DNA of 64,000 bases. It comes from Podarcis bocagei (taxonomy: Eukaryota). The position numbers and the translations under genes are program-made. The stretch lies in assembly GCA_964188305.1 (NCBI GenBank), contig OZ076888.1; one strand, given 5' to 3'. Of this stretch, positions 62,901 to 64,000 are shown one piece after another (within the stretch, counting starts at the first letter, position 1; every line of letters begins with the position of its first letter). Under the pieces are notes generated by a model. The model made no database searches, was not told the DNA's origin, and saw only the letters and a program-made list of their open reading frames with translations.

Positions 62901-63523
62901 AAGGATTAATTCTGGCTCAGGATCTTGGGTTTTGTAAGGATTACTTGTTTTATGGTAACCAGAACGAAAGCACAGCTAGTTCCCAGCATGGGCATTTTAG
63001 AAAAATACAGGTTATTCCTGAATTTCAGGGGCATGCAGTGTTGTTTTGCACAAAAGGAAAACACGTGAAGCCCTGCCAAATTTCTCGGTTTAAAGTTTTA
63101 ATTAATTAAGTGAAAAGCTTCAAATGGCAGAAAAGGGCAAATTCCTGGAATAATGATCTTGCTTATGCCTGGGTAGTAGTGGTGGCAATATAGAATTTCT
63201 CATTTCTTCGGTTGCTGAGGAATTTAGACAGGAAATGACTCCATCCAGAATGTTCTAAGATTACTTCTTGTATAACATAATGCAACTTTAAATCTCATTC
63301 ATATTGGATATATAATTAAAAGGAAAGCATCCCTATGAATCAGTGATGACTGTGGTATTTCACTGCATAGCGAGAGGCAGTCTGACATTAAAAGTAATAT
63401 TTCCATTGCAGCTGAAAAGATTACCACATCCCCATATGTAATGCACATACTGTATATACTGCTCCTAAGTGAGCTACATTTCCCTCTGCTGAAAAAAATG
63501 ATAGGTGATCACAAAATATGTAT

Positions 63524-63648
63524 CCAGTTACAGATAGGTAGCCGTGTTGGTCTGCCATAGTCAAAATAATAAAAAAAAATTCCTTCCTGTAGCACCTCAA
63601 CTTAGTTGGTCTTTAAGGTGCTACAGGAAGGATTTTTTTTTTATTTTG
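63524..63648. mobile_element. Penelope-like retroelement remnant with inverted duplication
   Basis: GTTACAGATAGGTAGCCGTGTTGGTCTG...TAGCACCT resembles sauropsid Penelope termini (recognised from memory); inverted arms 63560-63597 / 63616-63650; 13-bp direct repeat ACAAAATATGTAT at 63511-63523 and 63649-63661. Confidence 0.65.
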
Positions 63649-64000
63649 ACAAAATATGTATATGATCTATTTATTCATGGTGACATTATTATCCAAAAGA
63701 TATTTGATAGATCATGTGGTGAAAAATACCACTTCCCACCAAAGAGATCAGTCATCAGGAATATTCAGAATGTTGAATTGTTACAGGATGAATTAGTTCT
63801 TCGTTTTACATGTTTACACTCCACTTCATCCTATCTGGATTTCAGGGCAGCGAGCAACCCATTTGTAGCACAATACAAGTAAACAATAATAGAATAACAG
63901 ATTTTCAAAATCAACAAAAAATTAGAAGTTAAAAATGCCCAGTGAATAAAAATGGGTTCTCATAGATCGTCCCGTATTTTCTCTCTGAGAATGTCAGAAG

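Noticed and set aside
63524-63648. Hammerhead ribozyme, as often found in Penelope termini
   Set aside because: No CTGANGA...GAAA core in this truncated remnant.

Overview
Eukaryotic (squamate) genomic DNA. Sauria-type SINEs and associated MITEs point to a lizard, probably a lacertid. The window holds the 3' portion of the transcription-factor gene ARID5B (MRF2/DESRT) on the minus strand. Six coding exons equivalent to mammalian exons 5-10 were read directly with GT/AG boundaries: 60838-60950, 50423-50627, 47031-47083, 37983-38080, 17372-17570 and 9556-11697. There is also an internal alternative first exon ending in ATGG|GT at 62301, which gives a complete short isoform (MAPNLKGRPRKKK...HPSTKL, 2814 nt CDS, 937 aa), and a probable ~5.5 kb 3'UTR ending near 4000. 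The introns carry Sauria SINEs, tRNA/CR1-tailed SINEs, Tc1/mariner and hAT MITEs, an L1 3' fragment nested in a MITE, a Penelope-like fold-back remnant, microsatellites and one 147-N assembly gap. Two observations stand out. (1) A pair of inverted MITE copies sits 335 bp and 414 bp outside exons 9 and 6. They bracket a 555-nt, phase-0/phase-0 exon block that contains the whole ARID domain, which predicts a stop-free circRNA and an in-frame ARID-less skip product. (2) A chain of upstream and overlapping uORFs lies in the short-isoform leader. Almost all other ORFs in the supplied track look like chance or repeat-derived ORFs. No prokaryotic-type system (CRISPR, operon) is present.
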